DNA from: Bacteroidales bacterium
GTDB taxonomy: Bacteria; Bacteroidota; Bacteroidia; Bacteroidales; VadinHA17
NCBI GenBank assembly: GCA_012513795.1
Contig: JAAZBN010000115.1
Span: 1-62,045 of the forward strand
Direction of reading: 5' to 3'
DNA: 62,045 nucleotides
This document shows, piece by piece, positions 28,618 to 37,222 of this stretch (position 1 is its first letter; the number at the start of each line of letters is the position of its first letter). Under the pieces are notes generated by a model. The model did no database searches. It had not been told where the DNA came from and saw only the letters and a program-made list of their open reading frames with translations. Position numbers and translations under genes: made by a program.

Positions 28618-28652
28618 AAGCCTCATTATGAAAAGTAATGGGGCTTCTTTTT
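28618..28652 (+). terminator. Intrinsic terminator after gldJ
   Basis: AAGCCTCATTA - tgaaaag - TAATGGGGCTT forms an 11-bp stem with one G-U pair, followed by CTTTTT. Confidence 0.6.
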
Positions 28653-28660
28653 AGATTGTC

Positions 28661-29953
28661 ATGGAGATTGAGAGGTTATATGCACTGTACCGCAATTCGG
28701 CCGGGATCACTACAGATTCAAGAACTATACGCAAGGGAGAGATCTTCTTTGCACTAAAAGGCCCTGCCCATGACGGCAACAGGCATGCCGTGGCAGCCCT
28801 TGAGTCCGGAGCGCTGGCAGCAGTGGTTGATGATAAGTCACTGAGTGGTGAAAGGATAATAGTTGTAGACGATGTTCTTTCCACCATGTCTGCACTGGCG
28901 GTATGCCACCGTCGCAGGCTGACAATGCCGGTCATAGGCATCACCGGCTCCAATGGCAAGACAACGACCAAGGAGCTTCTGACAGCGGTTTTATCACGCA
29001 AAGGACGGGTGCATAGTACGCCCGGCAATCTCAATAATCATATAGGTGTGCCGCTGACCCTCCTCAGCGCTCCTGATGATGTGGCTTTCCTGATTGTGGA
29101 GATGGGCGCCAACCATCCGGGAGAGATAGCTGCCCTCTGCAGGACAGCCAGACCCACCCATGGCATCATTACCAATATAGGAACAGCTCATATTGAGGGC
29201 TTCGGATCATTTGAAAATGTTATAAAGGCAAAGAGAGAACTCTATCAGTGGCTCGGGGAGAACGGGGGAACAGTCATCTTCAACGATGATAATCCGATTC
29301 TTAAGGAGATAACCGGTGGCATCAGCAGCCTGGTTGCCTACTCCTCTCCTGGCAGCCATACCCTCAGGGCAGAGCCTGAAGAGAATGATGGTATGCTGCT
29401 CAGGGTCAGTGCTGAGATAGATGGTGTACCGTACAAGTTTCCTACACGACTCTTTGGCGCCTATAATACAGATAATGTAAGGTCAGCCATGGCTGTGGGA
29501 CTATTCTTCGGAGTTCCGGCAGATGATATTATTGAAGCGATCTCGTCATACATGCCTGCGAACAACCGTTCACAGATCACTGAGACTGACAGGAACACAG
29601 TCATTTGTGATGCCTATAATGCCAATCCTTCAAGCATGGAAAAGGCAATTGGCTCGTTTGCAGCGCTGAAGGCAGCTAAAAAGATGGTCATCCTTGGTGA
29701 TATGCTTGAGCTGGGGACAGAGACTGCTCCGGGTCACAGCGCTGTCATAAGGCAGCTTAGGCAGATAGATGATCTGAAAGCAGTGCTGATAGGACCGCAT
29801 TTCAGGGAGGCTGCTGCCGGGTTCCCGGCGAAGCTGTTCGGGTCATCTGAAGCAGCTGCTGAGTGGCTGAGGTCAGAGAAGCCTGAAGGTTACACGATTC
29901 TGGTGAAAGGCTCGCGGGGGATGATGCTTGAGAAGGTATACCCGTTACTCTGA
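28661..29953 (+). CDS. murF: UDP-N-acetylmuramoyl-tripeptide--D-alanyl-D-alanine ligase
   Basis: Mur ligase P-loop GITGSNGKTTTKELL, plus DSRTIRKGEIFFALKG, EMGANHPGEI and DAYNANPSSM. Confidence 0.9.
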   Translation: MEIERLYALYRNSAGITTDSRTIRKGEIFFALKGPAHDGNRHAVAALESGALAAVVDDKSLSGERIIVVDDVLSTMSALAVCHRRRLTMPVIGITGSNGKTTTKELLTAVLSRKGRVHSTPGNLNNHIGVPLTLLSAPDDVAFLIVEMGANHPGEIAALCRTARPTHGIITNIGTAHIEGFGSFENVIKAKRELYQWLGENGGTVIFNDDNPILKEITGGISSLVAYSSPGSHTLRAEPEENDGMLLRVSAEIDGVPYKFPTRLFGAYNTDNVRSAMAVGLFFGVPADDIIEAISSYMPANNRSQITETDRNTVICDAYNANPSSMEKAIGSFAALKAAKKMVILGDMLELGTETAPGHSAVIRQLRQIDDLKAVLIGPHFREAAAGFPAKLFGSSEAAAEWLRSEKPEGYTILVKGSRGMMLEKVYPLL

Positions 29954-31111
29954 TCTCCCCGTCAGTGTTATTGAAAGTATCTCGGGCCTGGTGCCGATGC
30001 GCATCCGCGGACCCCATATACCAAAACCTGAAGATACTATTACATGGGTTTTCCCGAACATCCTGTGTCCGTGACCAAGCTCGAAGATTCTGTCAGTGAT
30101 CAGGTTGAGGGGCCATATCTGCCCGTTGTGCGTATGTCCTGAAAGCTGCAGGTCCACCGGGGAGCCTGACAGAGCCGACAGGTCATAGGGCTGATGGTCA
30201 AGCAGTATCACAGGCAAGGAGGGGTCAGCGGAGGCAAGCAGCTGTTCCAGCGGAGCACGGCTGCTCCCCGGCGTCCTCAGGGCTGTGCGGTCAGTACGGC
30301 CAATCAGCTGTACCCCGTTTTCCATCCTGACCACTTCGTCTGTAAGTACCCTTATTCCTTTGCTTTCAATATAAGGAAGTGATTTTCGAAGATTGCCGAT
30401 GAACTCATGATTGCCGGTGATGGCATAACTGCCATATTTCATGTCTGGCAGTCTGAGATATGACAGCAGGTCGTCACGGGTGACCGGACCCATGCTTCCG
30501 TCAATAAGATCGCCCAGGAAGAGTACCATGTCAGGCTGCTCTCCGCTTATCATTCCGGAGAGGTGGATCATGCTTCGTTTCCGGATTATGCTGCCCAGAT
30601 GAATGTCTGAGACAGCCACAATCTTCACCGGATTGTCACCGGAGGCAAATACTTTATCAGTACGGATTTCATATTTCCTTATCACCGGGCTGACAGCGTT
30701 GAAGAAGCCGATAATTATCAGCATTAAGGTTCCTGCGGTTACAAGAAAGAAGAGCCACAGTCTCAGTCTGGGAAGTAACTCTGCAGGTATGAGGTGAAAC
30801 GGTTTCTGCAGCAGTAACAGTATATCTGCTGCCAGCCAGGCAATGAAGCCATAGAGCATGAATCCCAGCCAGAACCCGCCTATGACATTGATTATGTCTG
30901 TGAATACATTTGTGAATGAGTGTTCCAGAAACCGGCCTGCCACAAAGGCTGATGCCAGGACAATAAAAACAACACTGTACCATGTGGTGTCTATCCCGGC
31001 GCCGGCGAGAGCCCTGCGCCCTTTCACCCACAGGTAGAGATTTGTGAGGATGTAGACGGTAAGTACTACCGCAAGGAATACAGCCATCTGTTGTCTTTTG
31101 TTCAGTTCCAC
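29945..31111 (-). CDS. Membrane-anchored metallophosphoesterase (YkuE-like)
   Basis: Several N-terminal TM helices, then calcineurin-like motifs VAVSDIHLG, GDLIDG, GNHE and GHTHNGQ. Confidence 0.8.
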   Translation of the reverse strand: MELNKRQQMAVFLAVVLTVYILTNLYLWVKGRRALAGAGIDTTWYSVVFIVLASAFVAGRFLEHSFTNVFTDIINVIGGFWLGFMLYGFIAWLAADILLLLQKPFHLIPAELLPRLRLWLFFLVTAGTLMLIIIGFFNAVSPVIRKYEIRTDKVFASGDNPVKIVAVSDIHLGSIIRKRSMIHLSGMISGEQPDMVLFLGDLIDGSMGPVTRDDLLSYLRLPDMKYGSYAITGNHEFIGNLRKSLPYIESKGIRVLTDEVVRMENGVQLIGRTDRTALRTPGSSRAPLEQLLASADPSLPVILLDHQPYDLSALSGSPVDLQLSGHTHNGQIWPLNLITDRIFELGHGHRMFGKTHVIVSSGFGIWGPRMRIGTRPEILSITLTGRSE

Positions 31112-32127
31112 ATCAAACCGGAGAATTCTTTTCTTCCGCGTATATAATACTCAAAAAGGAGGTATTTGTTCATCATGGTGTGCGGTGTATTAAAGAAGCC
31201 GGTATTGGGAGTCAGGGTCCGGAAGGTCCTTATTGCCGTCCGCTGCCGGTGGAAGTCGCGGTGTGCCCTGACCACTGCTGCAGCTGCATGTCTTCCCTGT
31301 TTTATTAGCAGGACCAGCCATGCGATGCCGTCAAGGAGTTGCCTGGCCAGCAGTGTTCTCCGCAGGTGCTTTCCTGGCAGGTTCTTGGCCAGCATGATCA
31401 GGCTGTTACGGAAGTTGTAATAGATTTTTGAAGGTGATCCGTAACCCAGGGTGCCGCCTCCTACATGGTACACAACTGAATGGGGGAAGTAATAAACTGA
31501 ATATCCGGCATTCTGCATCCGCCAGCAGAGGTCTATCTCCTCCATATGGACAAAAAATGATTCGTCGAAGCCGTCACACTGGCTGAAGGCAGTGCTCCTG
31601 ACCACCATGCATGAGCCCGATGCCCAGAATATTTCCCTGGTATCATCATACTGGCCGTGATCCTCTTCCAGGGTATCGAAAACCCGTCCCCGGCAGAATG
31701 GGTATCCCAGCCGGTCAATATATCCTCCGGCAGCCCCTGCATACTCAAATGACGAAGGGTTGGAGTAAGATCTTATCTTCGGCTGGCATGCCCCTACATC
31801 AGGGTGCATATCCATGAAGGTGATCAGCTTCTCCGCCCATCCGGGCTCAACCTGCACGTCAGAGTTGAGGAGGATATAATACTCGGCTTCTGTCAGCTCA
31901 AGTGCCCTGTTATATCCTCCGGCATACCCGTAATTACTGTCGAGCCTGATAATCCGTACCTCCGGGTGATTCGCAGTTAGCCACTCCACCGAGTCATCCT
32001 CCGATCCGTTGTCAGCCACAATGACTTCGGTGTCAGGAGAGAGCGTATTCCTGACCACATCCGGCAGGAATTGCTCAAGGAATGCCTTCCCGTTCCAGTT
32101 CAGAATTACTACAGCTGTTCTAGTCAT
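31102..32127 (-). CDS. Glycosyltransferase family 2
   Basis: AVVILNWNG, ADNGSEDDS, LLNSDV, EEIDLCWR. Overlaps both flanking genes, so it lies in an operon with mtaB, the acyltransferase and the phosphoesterase. Confidence 0.8.
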   Translation of the reverse strand: MTRTAVVILNWNGKAFLEQFLPDVVRNTLSPDTEVIVADNGSEDDSVEWLTANHPEVRIIRLDSNYGYAGGYNRALELTEAEYYILLNSDVQVEPGWAEKLITFMDMHPDVGACQPKIRSYSNPSSFEYAGAAGGYIDRLGYPFCRGRVFDTLEEDHGQYDDTREIFWASGSCMVVRSTAFSQCDGFDESFFVHMEEIDLCWRMQNAGYSVYYFPHSVVYHVGGGTLGYGSPSKIYYNFRNSLIMLAKNLPGKHLRRTLLARQLLDGIAWLVLLIKQGRHAAAAVVRAHRDFHRQRTAIRTFRTLTPNTGFFNTPHTMMNKYLLFEYYIRGRKEFSGLMWN

Positions 32128-33004
32128 CTTTCAGTGGTCTTTTGTGTTTCCAGCGGCGGTGTGACCAGAGCCAGTATTCGGGTTGTTCCCTGATCGTCGC
32201 TTCGAGCATGGCAGCATAACGGGCAGTGATGGCGTTGGATTCCTCCTCAGTCGGGTGTTCAGAGATAAGGCTGTATTTGAGTTCATAATACCCTCTCTTC
32301 ACCTTGACGATCTTTATATAGATCACCGGTGAGTTATACTTTACTGCCATCTTTTCAGCGCCTCTGTAGAATGCGGTGTCCTGGTTAAGGAAGGTGGTCC
32401 AGTATGCATTGTCATCAGGAGGAGGGGTCTGGTCTGCGATGAAGCCTGACATGGTGAGGACTCCTTCTTTCCTGCATTTGACCAGGTCTCTCACAATATG
32501 GTTCATGGGAGTGACCCATACTCCGAACCGACTCCTGATTTTCAGCAGGAAACTGTCAAAATCCTTATTCTTCAGTGGTTTGTAGATTGTTATGATGCGA
32601 TGCTGTGAGGAGAGCTGCAATGAGGAGTACCATTCCCAGTTGTTGTAATGGCTGCCCAGGGCCACCACGTCACGGCCTTCACCGTAGTACCTGTCAGTCA
32701 GGGAGGTGTCAGGGGCAAAGAACCTCTTACTGATCTGTTCAGGGGTCATGCGCATGGCCTTAAGTGTCTCCAGAATCATGTCTGTCAGGTGTCTGTAGAA
32801 TTTCCTGGCGATCCTGTTGCGTTCCCCTTGGCTCTTTTCAGGAAAAGCGTTTTTGAGATTTATTTCCACCACGTTACGGCGGTATCGGATAACATGATAA
32901 AAGAGTGGCCATAGCAGGTCAGACAGCAGGTGCAGTGCCCCCATCGGGAGCAGGGTAATGGTGCGGCTGAATGCCACGAAGATATAGTATCCGGCCCGTT
33001 TCAT
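32120..33004 (-). CDS. Lipid A biosynthesis (HtrB/MsbB-type) lysophospholipid acyltransferase
   Basis: 294 aa with an N-terminal TM helix. LPLAT family features include GSHYNNWEW. Confidence 0.7.
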   Translation of the reverse strand: MKRAGYYIFVAFSRTITLLPMGALHLLSDLLWPLFYHVIRYRRNVVEINLKNAFPEKSQGERNRIARKFYRHLTDMILETLKAMRMTPEQISKRFFAPDTSLTDRYYGEGRDVVALGSHYNNWEWYSSLQLSSQHRIITIYKPLKNKDFDSFLLKIRSRFGVWVTPMNHIVRDLVKCRKEGVLTMSGFIADQTPPPDDNAYWTTFLNQDTAFYRGAEKMAVKYNSPVIYIKIVKVKRGYYELKYSLISEHPTEEESNAITARYAAMLEATIREQPEYWLWSHRRWKHKRPLKDD

Positions 33005-34308
33005 TGTGCAACGCTGTCTGTCAGTTCGCCATTCATTGATGCATCATCACGCAGTGTTGTCAGCCTCACCTGCCTGACTGATCCTGAAAGTCCTTTCTCC
33101 CATGGTATATGCACTCTGATATAGTTGCCTGTCAGCCCTCCAACCATACCGTCAGCACCTCTCTTTTCCAGGAGCACTTCGTGGAGAGTACCGCTGGCAT
33201 TGCGCATGAACTGCATGCGCCGGCTTTCCGAGAGTTTAATGAGTTGTCTGCTCCTCTTCTCCTTCTCCTGTTTGCTCACTCTCCCGGGCAGTTCTGCTGC
33301 CGGCGTGCCGGGACGGGGAGAAAAGGCGAAGACGTGGAGGTAAGAGAGAGGCAGGCTCCAGAGGAAGCTGAGGGTGTCAGCATGATCCTCCTCTGTCTCT
33401 CCCGGGAAACCGACTATCACGTCGGCTCCTATCCCGGCATGTGGTATCTTTTCCCTGATGCTGAGCACCCTGTCACGAAAGACCTCCCTCCGGTACCGGC
33501 GTCTCATCAGTCCCAGTATCCTGTCGCTGCCACTCTGCAGCGGCATGTGTATATGAGGAAGCAGAACCTTCTCGGAAGCCACCAGGTCAATGATGGGATC
33601 AGTAACAAGATTGGGTTCGATGGATGACAGGCGGAGTCTCTGCAAGCCCTCAACCTTCACAAGCTGCATCAGCAGTTGTTCCAGCGTCTCGCCGGTGCTC
33701 TTCCCGAAGTCGCCTACGTTGACTCCCGTGAGAATGATCTCTTTGACGCCGGAATCAACTATCTGTCTTGCCTCTGAAATCACCGTGGCAATGGGCGGAT
33801 TTCTGCTGTCACCCCTGGCCAGGGGAACGGTGCAGTAGGAGCAGTGATAGTCGCAACCGTCCTGCACCTTCAGGAATGACCGCGTGCGGTCACCGGCTGA
33901 CCATGATGAGATGAAGTCCCCGGTATCAATCCTTTCACAGGAGTGGATATCAGGAGCTGCATGTTTCCCGATATTGTCAATATAGGATGCGACATCGAAC
34001 TTTTCGTATGTCCCAAGGACAAGATCCACCCCTTCAATGGCGGCTGCCTCCTCCTTTCTCAGCTGGGCATAACAGCCCACTACAGCTATGAAGGCGTCAG
34101 GATTGCGGTGGATGAACTTCCTTACCGCCTGCCGGCATTTGCGGTCAGCAGCATCAGTGACGGTGCATGTGTTGATAACATATATGTCAGCATGACTGTC
34201 GGCCGACACTCTCTCGAACCTCTCTTGGGGAAAGGTACGGGCAATGGTGGAAGTTTCGGCAAAATTAAGCTTGCATCCCAGTGTGTGAAACGCTACTTTT
34301 CTCTTCAA
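33001..34308 (-). CDS. mtaB: tRNA (t6A37) methylthiotransferase MtaB
   Basis: MTTase N-domain VAFHTLGCKLNFAE, radical-SAM cluster CDYHCSYCTVP, and a C-terminal TRAM-like domain. Confidence 0.85.
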   Translation of the reverse strand: MKRKVAFHTLGCKLNFAETSTIARTFPQERFERVSADSHADIYVINTCTVTDAADRKCRQAVRKFIHRNPDAFIAVVGCYAQLRKEEAAAIEGVDLVLGTYEKFDVASYIDNIGKHAAPDIHSCERIDTGDFISSWSAGDRTRSFLKVQDGCDYHCSYCTVPLARGDSRNPPIATVISEARQIVDSGVKEIILTGVNVGDFGKSTGETLEQLLMQLVKVEGLQRLRLSSIEPNLVTDPIIDLVASEKVLLPHIHMPLQSGSDRILGLMRRRYRREVFRDRVLSIREKIPHAGIGADVIVGFPGETEEDHADTLSFLWSLPLSYLHVFAFSPRPGTPAAELPGRVSKQEKEKRSRQLIKLSESRRMQFMRNASGTLHEVLLEKRGADGMVGGLTGNYIRVHIPWEKGLSGSVRQVRLTTLRDDASMNGELTDSVAQ

Positions 34309-34356
34309 GACAACTCGGTTACTGTTCCGGCTGTAAAAATAGTCAAAAAAGCCGGT

Positions 34357-35694
34357 CTAAAGCAGTCTGCTTGCCAGTTCAGCCAGGAAGCTTCTTTCCC
34401 CCTTAACCAGGTGCACATGTGCGAACAGATCAAGTCCTTTCATCTTGTCTGACAGGTAACTCAATCCGTTGGATCCGGAATCGAGGTAGGGTGAGTCTAT
34501 CTGCTCTATGTCACCGGTAAAGACCATCTTTGTTCCTTCACCGGCCCTGGTAATGATGGTCTTCACCTCGTGGGGCGTCAGGTTCTGTGCTTCATCCACG
34601 ATGAAAAAGATGTTTGAGAGGCTTCGTCCCCTGATGTATGCCAAAGGTGTTATGACCAGCTTTTCATCTTTTATCATATCGTTAATGCGGATGAACTCGG
34701 GGCTCTGAGCGCTGAAGCGGTGCTTGATGACCGTCAGGTTATCAAAGAGCGGCTGCATGTAAGGATCCATTTTTTCCTTCACGTCGCCCGGCAGGAAGCC
34801 CAGGTCACGGTTGGCAAGAGGAACGATAGGTCTTGCCAGGAATATCTGCTTGTAGCGCTTATGCTGGTGCAGCGCTGCCGCCAGTGCCAGGAGGGTCTTA
34901 CCCGTACCTGCCTTGCCGGTGAGTGAGATAAGCTGTATATCCGGATTGCACAGCGCATCAAGCGCGAAGGTTTGCTCTGCGTTGCGCGGGTCAATGCCGT
35001 AAGTGGTCTGCTTGAGCACCCTGACAAGCATCCTGGTGGCGGGATTGTAGTGCGCGAGAGCACTGGAGTTGCTGTTCCGGAGGATGTAGAAATGATGCCC
35101 CGGCTGAATATCCTTCAGCTTCAGCTCCGAGGCAGGAACTCCGTCAACCTGTTCATAGAGCTTGTTGATAATGTCATGATCAATGTTCTCAATGATCTTG
35201 ATGCCCTTGTACAGGTCATCAAGGTTGGCCACCTTGTCGTTCTGGTAGTCTTCAGCCATGACTCCCAGCGACTTGGCTTTCATCCTGAGGTTAATGTCCT
35301 TGGTGATAAGTACAACAGTATTCTCCTTGTTCTCCTGTGTGAGGTAGTCGGCTATAGCCAGTATACGGTGATCCGGAGTTCTCTCAGGGAAAGATTCCGA
35401 GACCCGTTCAGAAAACTGCTTGCCTGTCTCAATATGCAAAGTACCACGCTTGTCGCCAAGGGGTATGGGGCCTGTGAGCAGCATGTCACCGGCAATCTTG
35501 TCCAGCTCGCGTGTAAACTCCCGCGCGTGGAAATTAATCATGTCATTGCCCCGCTTGAACTTGTCAAGCTCTTCAAGCACTACGATGGGAATAACCACAT
35601 CGTTCTCCTCAAAATTGTAGATGCATGTGTAATCATGCAGTAACACATTGGTGTCGAGAATAAAAATCTTCTTTTCCTTTTTCTTTTTCGCCAT
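34357..35694 (-). CDS. PhoH-like ATPase with N-terminal PIN domain (YlaK-like)
   Basis: Track ORF trimmed to MAKKKKEKKIFILDTNVLLHD (PIN). Walker A is LTGKAGTGKTLLAL and Walker B context is FIVDEAQNLTPHE. Confidence 0.85.
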   Translation of the reverse strand: MAKKKKEKKIFILDTNVLLHDYTCIYNFEENDVVIPIVVLEELDKFKRGNDMINFHAREFTRELDKIAGDMLLTGPIPLGDKRGTLHIETGKQFSERVSESFPERTPDHRILAIADYLTQENKENTVVLITKDINLRMKAKSLGVMAEDYQNDKVANLDDLYKGIKIIENIDHDIINKLYEQVDGVPASELKLKDIQPGHHFYILRNSNSSALAHYNPATRMLVRVLKQTTYGIDPRNAEQTFALDALCNPDIQLISLTGKAGTGKTLLALAAALHQHKRYKQIFLARPIVPLANRDLGFLPGDVKEKMDPYMQPLFDNLTVIKHRFSAQSPEFIRINDMIKDEKLVITPLAYIRGRSLSNIFFIVDEAQNLTPHEVKTIITRAGEGTKMVFTGDIEQIDSPYLDSGSNGLSYLSDKMKGLDLFAHVHLVKGERSFLAELASRLL

Positions 35695-35785
35695 AACAGA
35701 TTTGTTTAAAAGGACAGCATCTCCGGCGCTGATGCCACCGGTGACAAAGATAACCCTGCACATGTTGGGCAAGAAGCCCTTTTTG

Positions 35786-35793
35786 TAAATTTG
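35786..35793 (+). promoter_or_regulatory. -7 promoter box for folC
   Basis: TAAATTTG matches TAnnTTTG and lies 26 nt upstream of the ATG at 35820. Confidence 0.4.
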
Positions 35794-35819
35794 CAAACAA
35801 CCATACAAAGGTTATCAAC

Positions 35820-37109
35820 ATGACATATTCCGAAACCATCAATTATCTCTTCAGTCTGCTGCCGGCATATCACCGCGTTGGTAAACCGGCATACAAAGGC
35901 AACCTTGACAATACCCTCCGGCTTGACAGCTTCTTTGGCCACCCTCACCTGAAGTTCCGGACAGTGCATGTGGCGGGCACCAATGGCAAGGGGTCTGTGT
36001 CACACATGACTGCCTCGGTGCTTCAGGAGGCAGGATACAGGACCGGTCTCTACACTTCGCCGCATCTGAAGGACTTCAGGGAGAGGATAAGGATTGACGG
36101 AGGGATGATTGAAGAGGAGGAGGTAATACGGTTCGTTGAGGAGCATGACGGGCTCATACGCGATGTCAGGCCTTCCTTCTTCGAGCTTACAGTTGCCATG
36201 GCCTTTGACTATTTTGCCAGGAAGAAGGTTGATGTGGCCGTAATAGAGGTTGGTATGGGTGGAAGGCTCGATTCGACAAACATAATTACACCGGAGTTGT
36301 CTGTTATAACCAATATAGGGCATGATCACATGGAGTTCCTTGGCAGCACCCTGGCAGCCGTGGCAGGGGAGAAGGCAGGAATCATCAAGAAAGGTGTGCC
36401 GGTGATCATCGGAGAGACTCAGAAGGAGACAGAAGGGGTGTTCAGGCAGGAGGCAGGGGAGAAGGATGCTCCCGTTGTTTTTGCTGACAGCCGGTTCAGG
36501 TGCAGACTGGGCAGGGTATTGCCAGACAGTATGATGAGGAGATATACACTTACAGGGCTGGCAGACGGCATCTCCATGAAGGGAGAAACGCCGCTGGGCG
36601 GATCGGTGCAAAAGAAGAATATTCAGACCGTGGCTGCGGTGGTGGAGGCCCTCTCAGCGGGTTTCGGGCTGACACGTGAACATTTTTTAAAGGGTGTTGC
36701 CGCGGTGGTGACCAATACTGGCCTGATGGGCCGCTGGCAGGTGCTGTCGCGTTCACCTCTGACAGTATGTGATACGGGTCACAACCGGGAGGGGCTGGAG
36801 TACGTTGTGCGTCAGCTGAAGACGGCAGACAAGGATAAGCTTCACATAGTGCTGGGTTTTGTGAACGACAAGGATCTGGGATCGGTGCTGCCTCTCTTTC
36901 CCCGTGATGCTCTCTATTACTTTACGAGAGCCTCGGTTCCCAGGGCGCTGGATGAGCAGTTGCTTAAGGCTGAGGCCGCGAGATACGGTCTGGCCGGTGA
37001 AGCCTTCCACTCCGTGCAAGCGGCTGTTCATGCTGCCCGTGCCGCGGCCGGGCCACACGATATGATCTTTATCGGCGGGTCCACCTTTGTGGTGGCGGAG
37101 GCATTGTGA
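35820..37109 (+). CDS. folC: Bifunctional folylpolyglutamate synthase / dihydrofolate synthase
   Basis: Mur-ligase-type P-loop HVAGTNGKGS, plus YTSPHL, EVGMGGRLDSTN and GHDHMEFLG. Confidence 0.87.
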   Translation: MTYSETINYLFSLLPAYHRVGKPAYKGNLDNTLRLDSFFGHPHLKFRTVHVAGTNGKGSVSHMTASVLQEAGYRTGLYTSPHLKDFRERIRIDGGMIEEEEVIRFVEEHDGLIRDVRPSFFELTVAMAFDYFARKKVDVAVIEVGMGGRLDSTNIITPELSVITNIGHDHMEFLGSTLAAVAGEKAGIIKKGVPVIIGETQKETEGVFRQEAGEKDAPVVFADSRFRCRLGRVLPDSMMRRYTLTGLADGISMKGETPLGGSVQKKNIQTVAAVVEALSAGFGLTREHFLKGVAAVVTNTGLMGRWQVLSRSPLTVCDTGHNREGLEYVVRQLKTADKDKLHIVLGFVNDKDLGSVLPLFPRDALYYFTRASVPRALDEQLLKAEAARYGLAGEAFHSVQAAVHAARAAAGPHDMIFIGGSTFVVAEAL

Positions 37110-37222
37110 GGCAGTCTGCAGTCAGCAGTCTACAGTCAGCAGTCGTTTCGCTCCGACATGACGGCCGACTCTGGCGGCCAGACCTTCCGACCTTCCGACC
37201 TTCGAACTTTCAGACTGCCTCA
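37107..37222. repeat. Palindrome-bracketed intergenic element with 7- and 8-nt tandem repeats (copy B, homologous to 20671-20838)
   Basis: A 12-bp perfect inverted repeat: TGAGGCAGTCTG (37107-37118) and CAGACTGCCTCA (37211-37222). Inside are five tandem CAGTCnn units (37112-37146) and three GACCTTC[C/G] units (37181-37204). The collinear block CATGAC-N10-GGCGGCCA-nACCTTC is shared with copy A. Confidence 0.85.

Noticed and set aside
34335-34351. The 17-nt string AAAAATAGTCAAAAAAG is shared between the mtaB/phoH spacer (34335-34351) and the blaI upstream region (57312-57328).
   Set aside because: The string is low-complexity and A-rich, and a chance match of this kind is plausible in 62 kb. 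The flanks do not align. Only the TAGTC half-site at 57317 has an evident partner.
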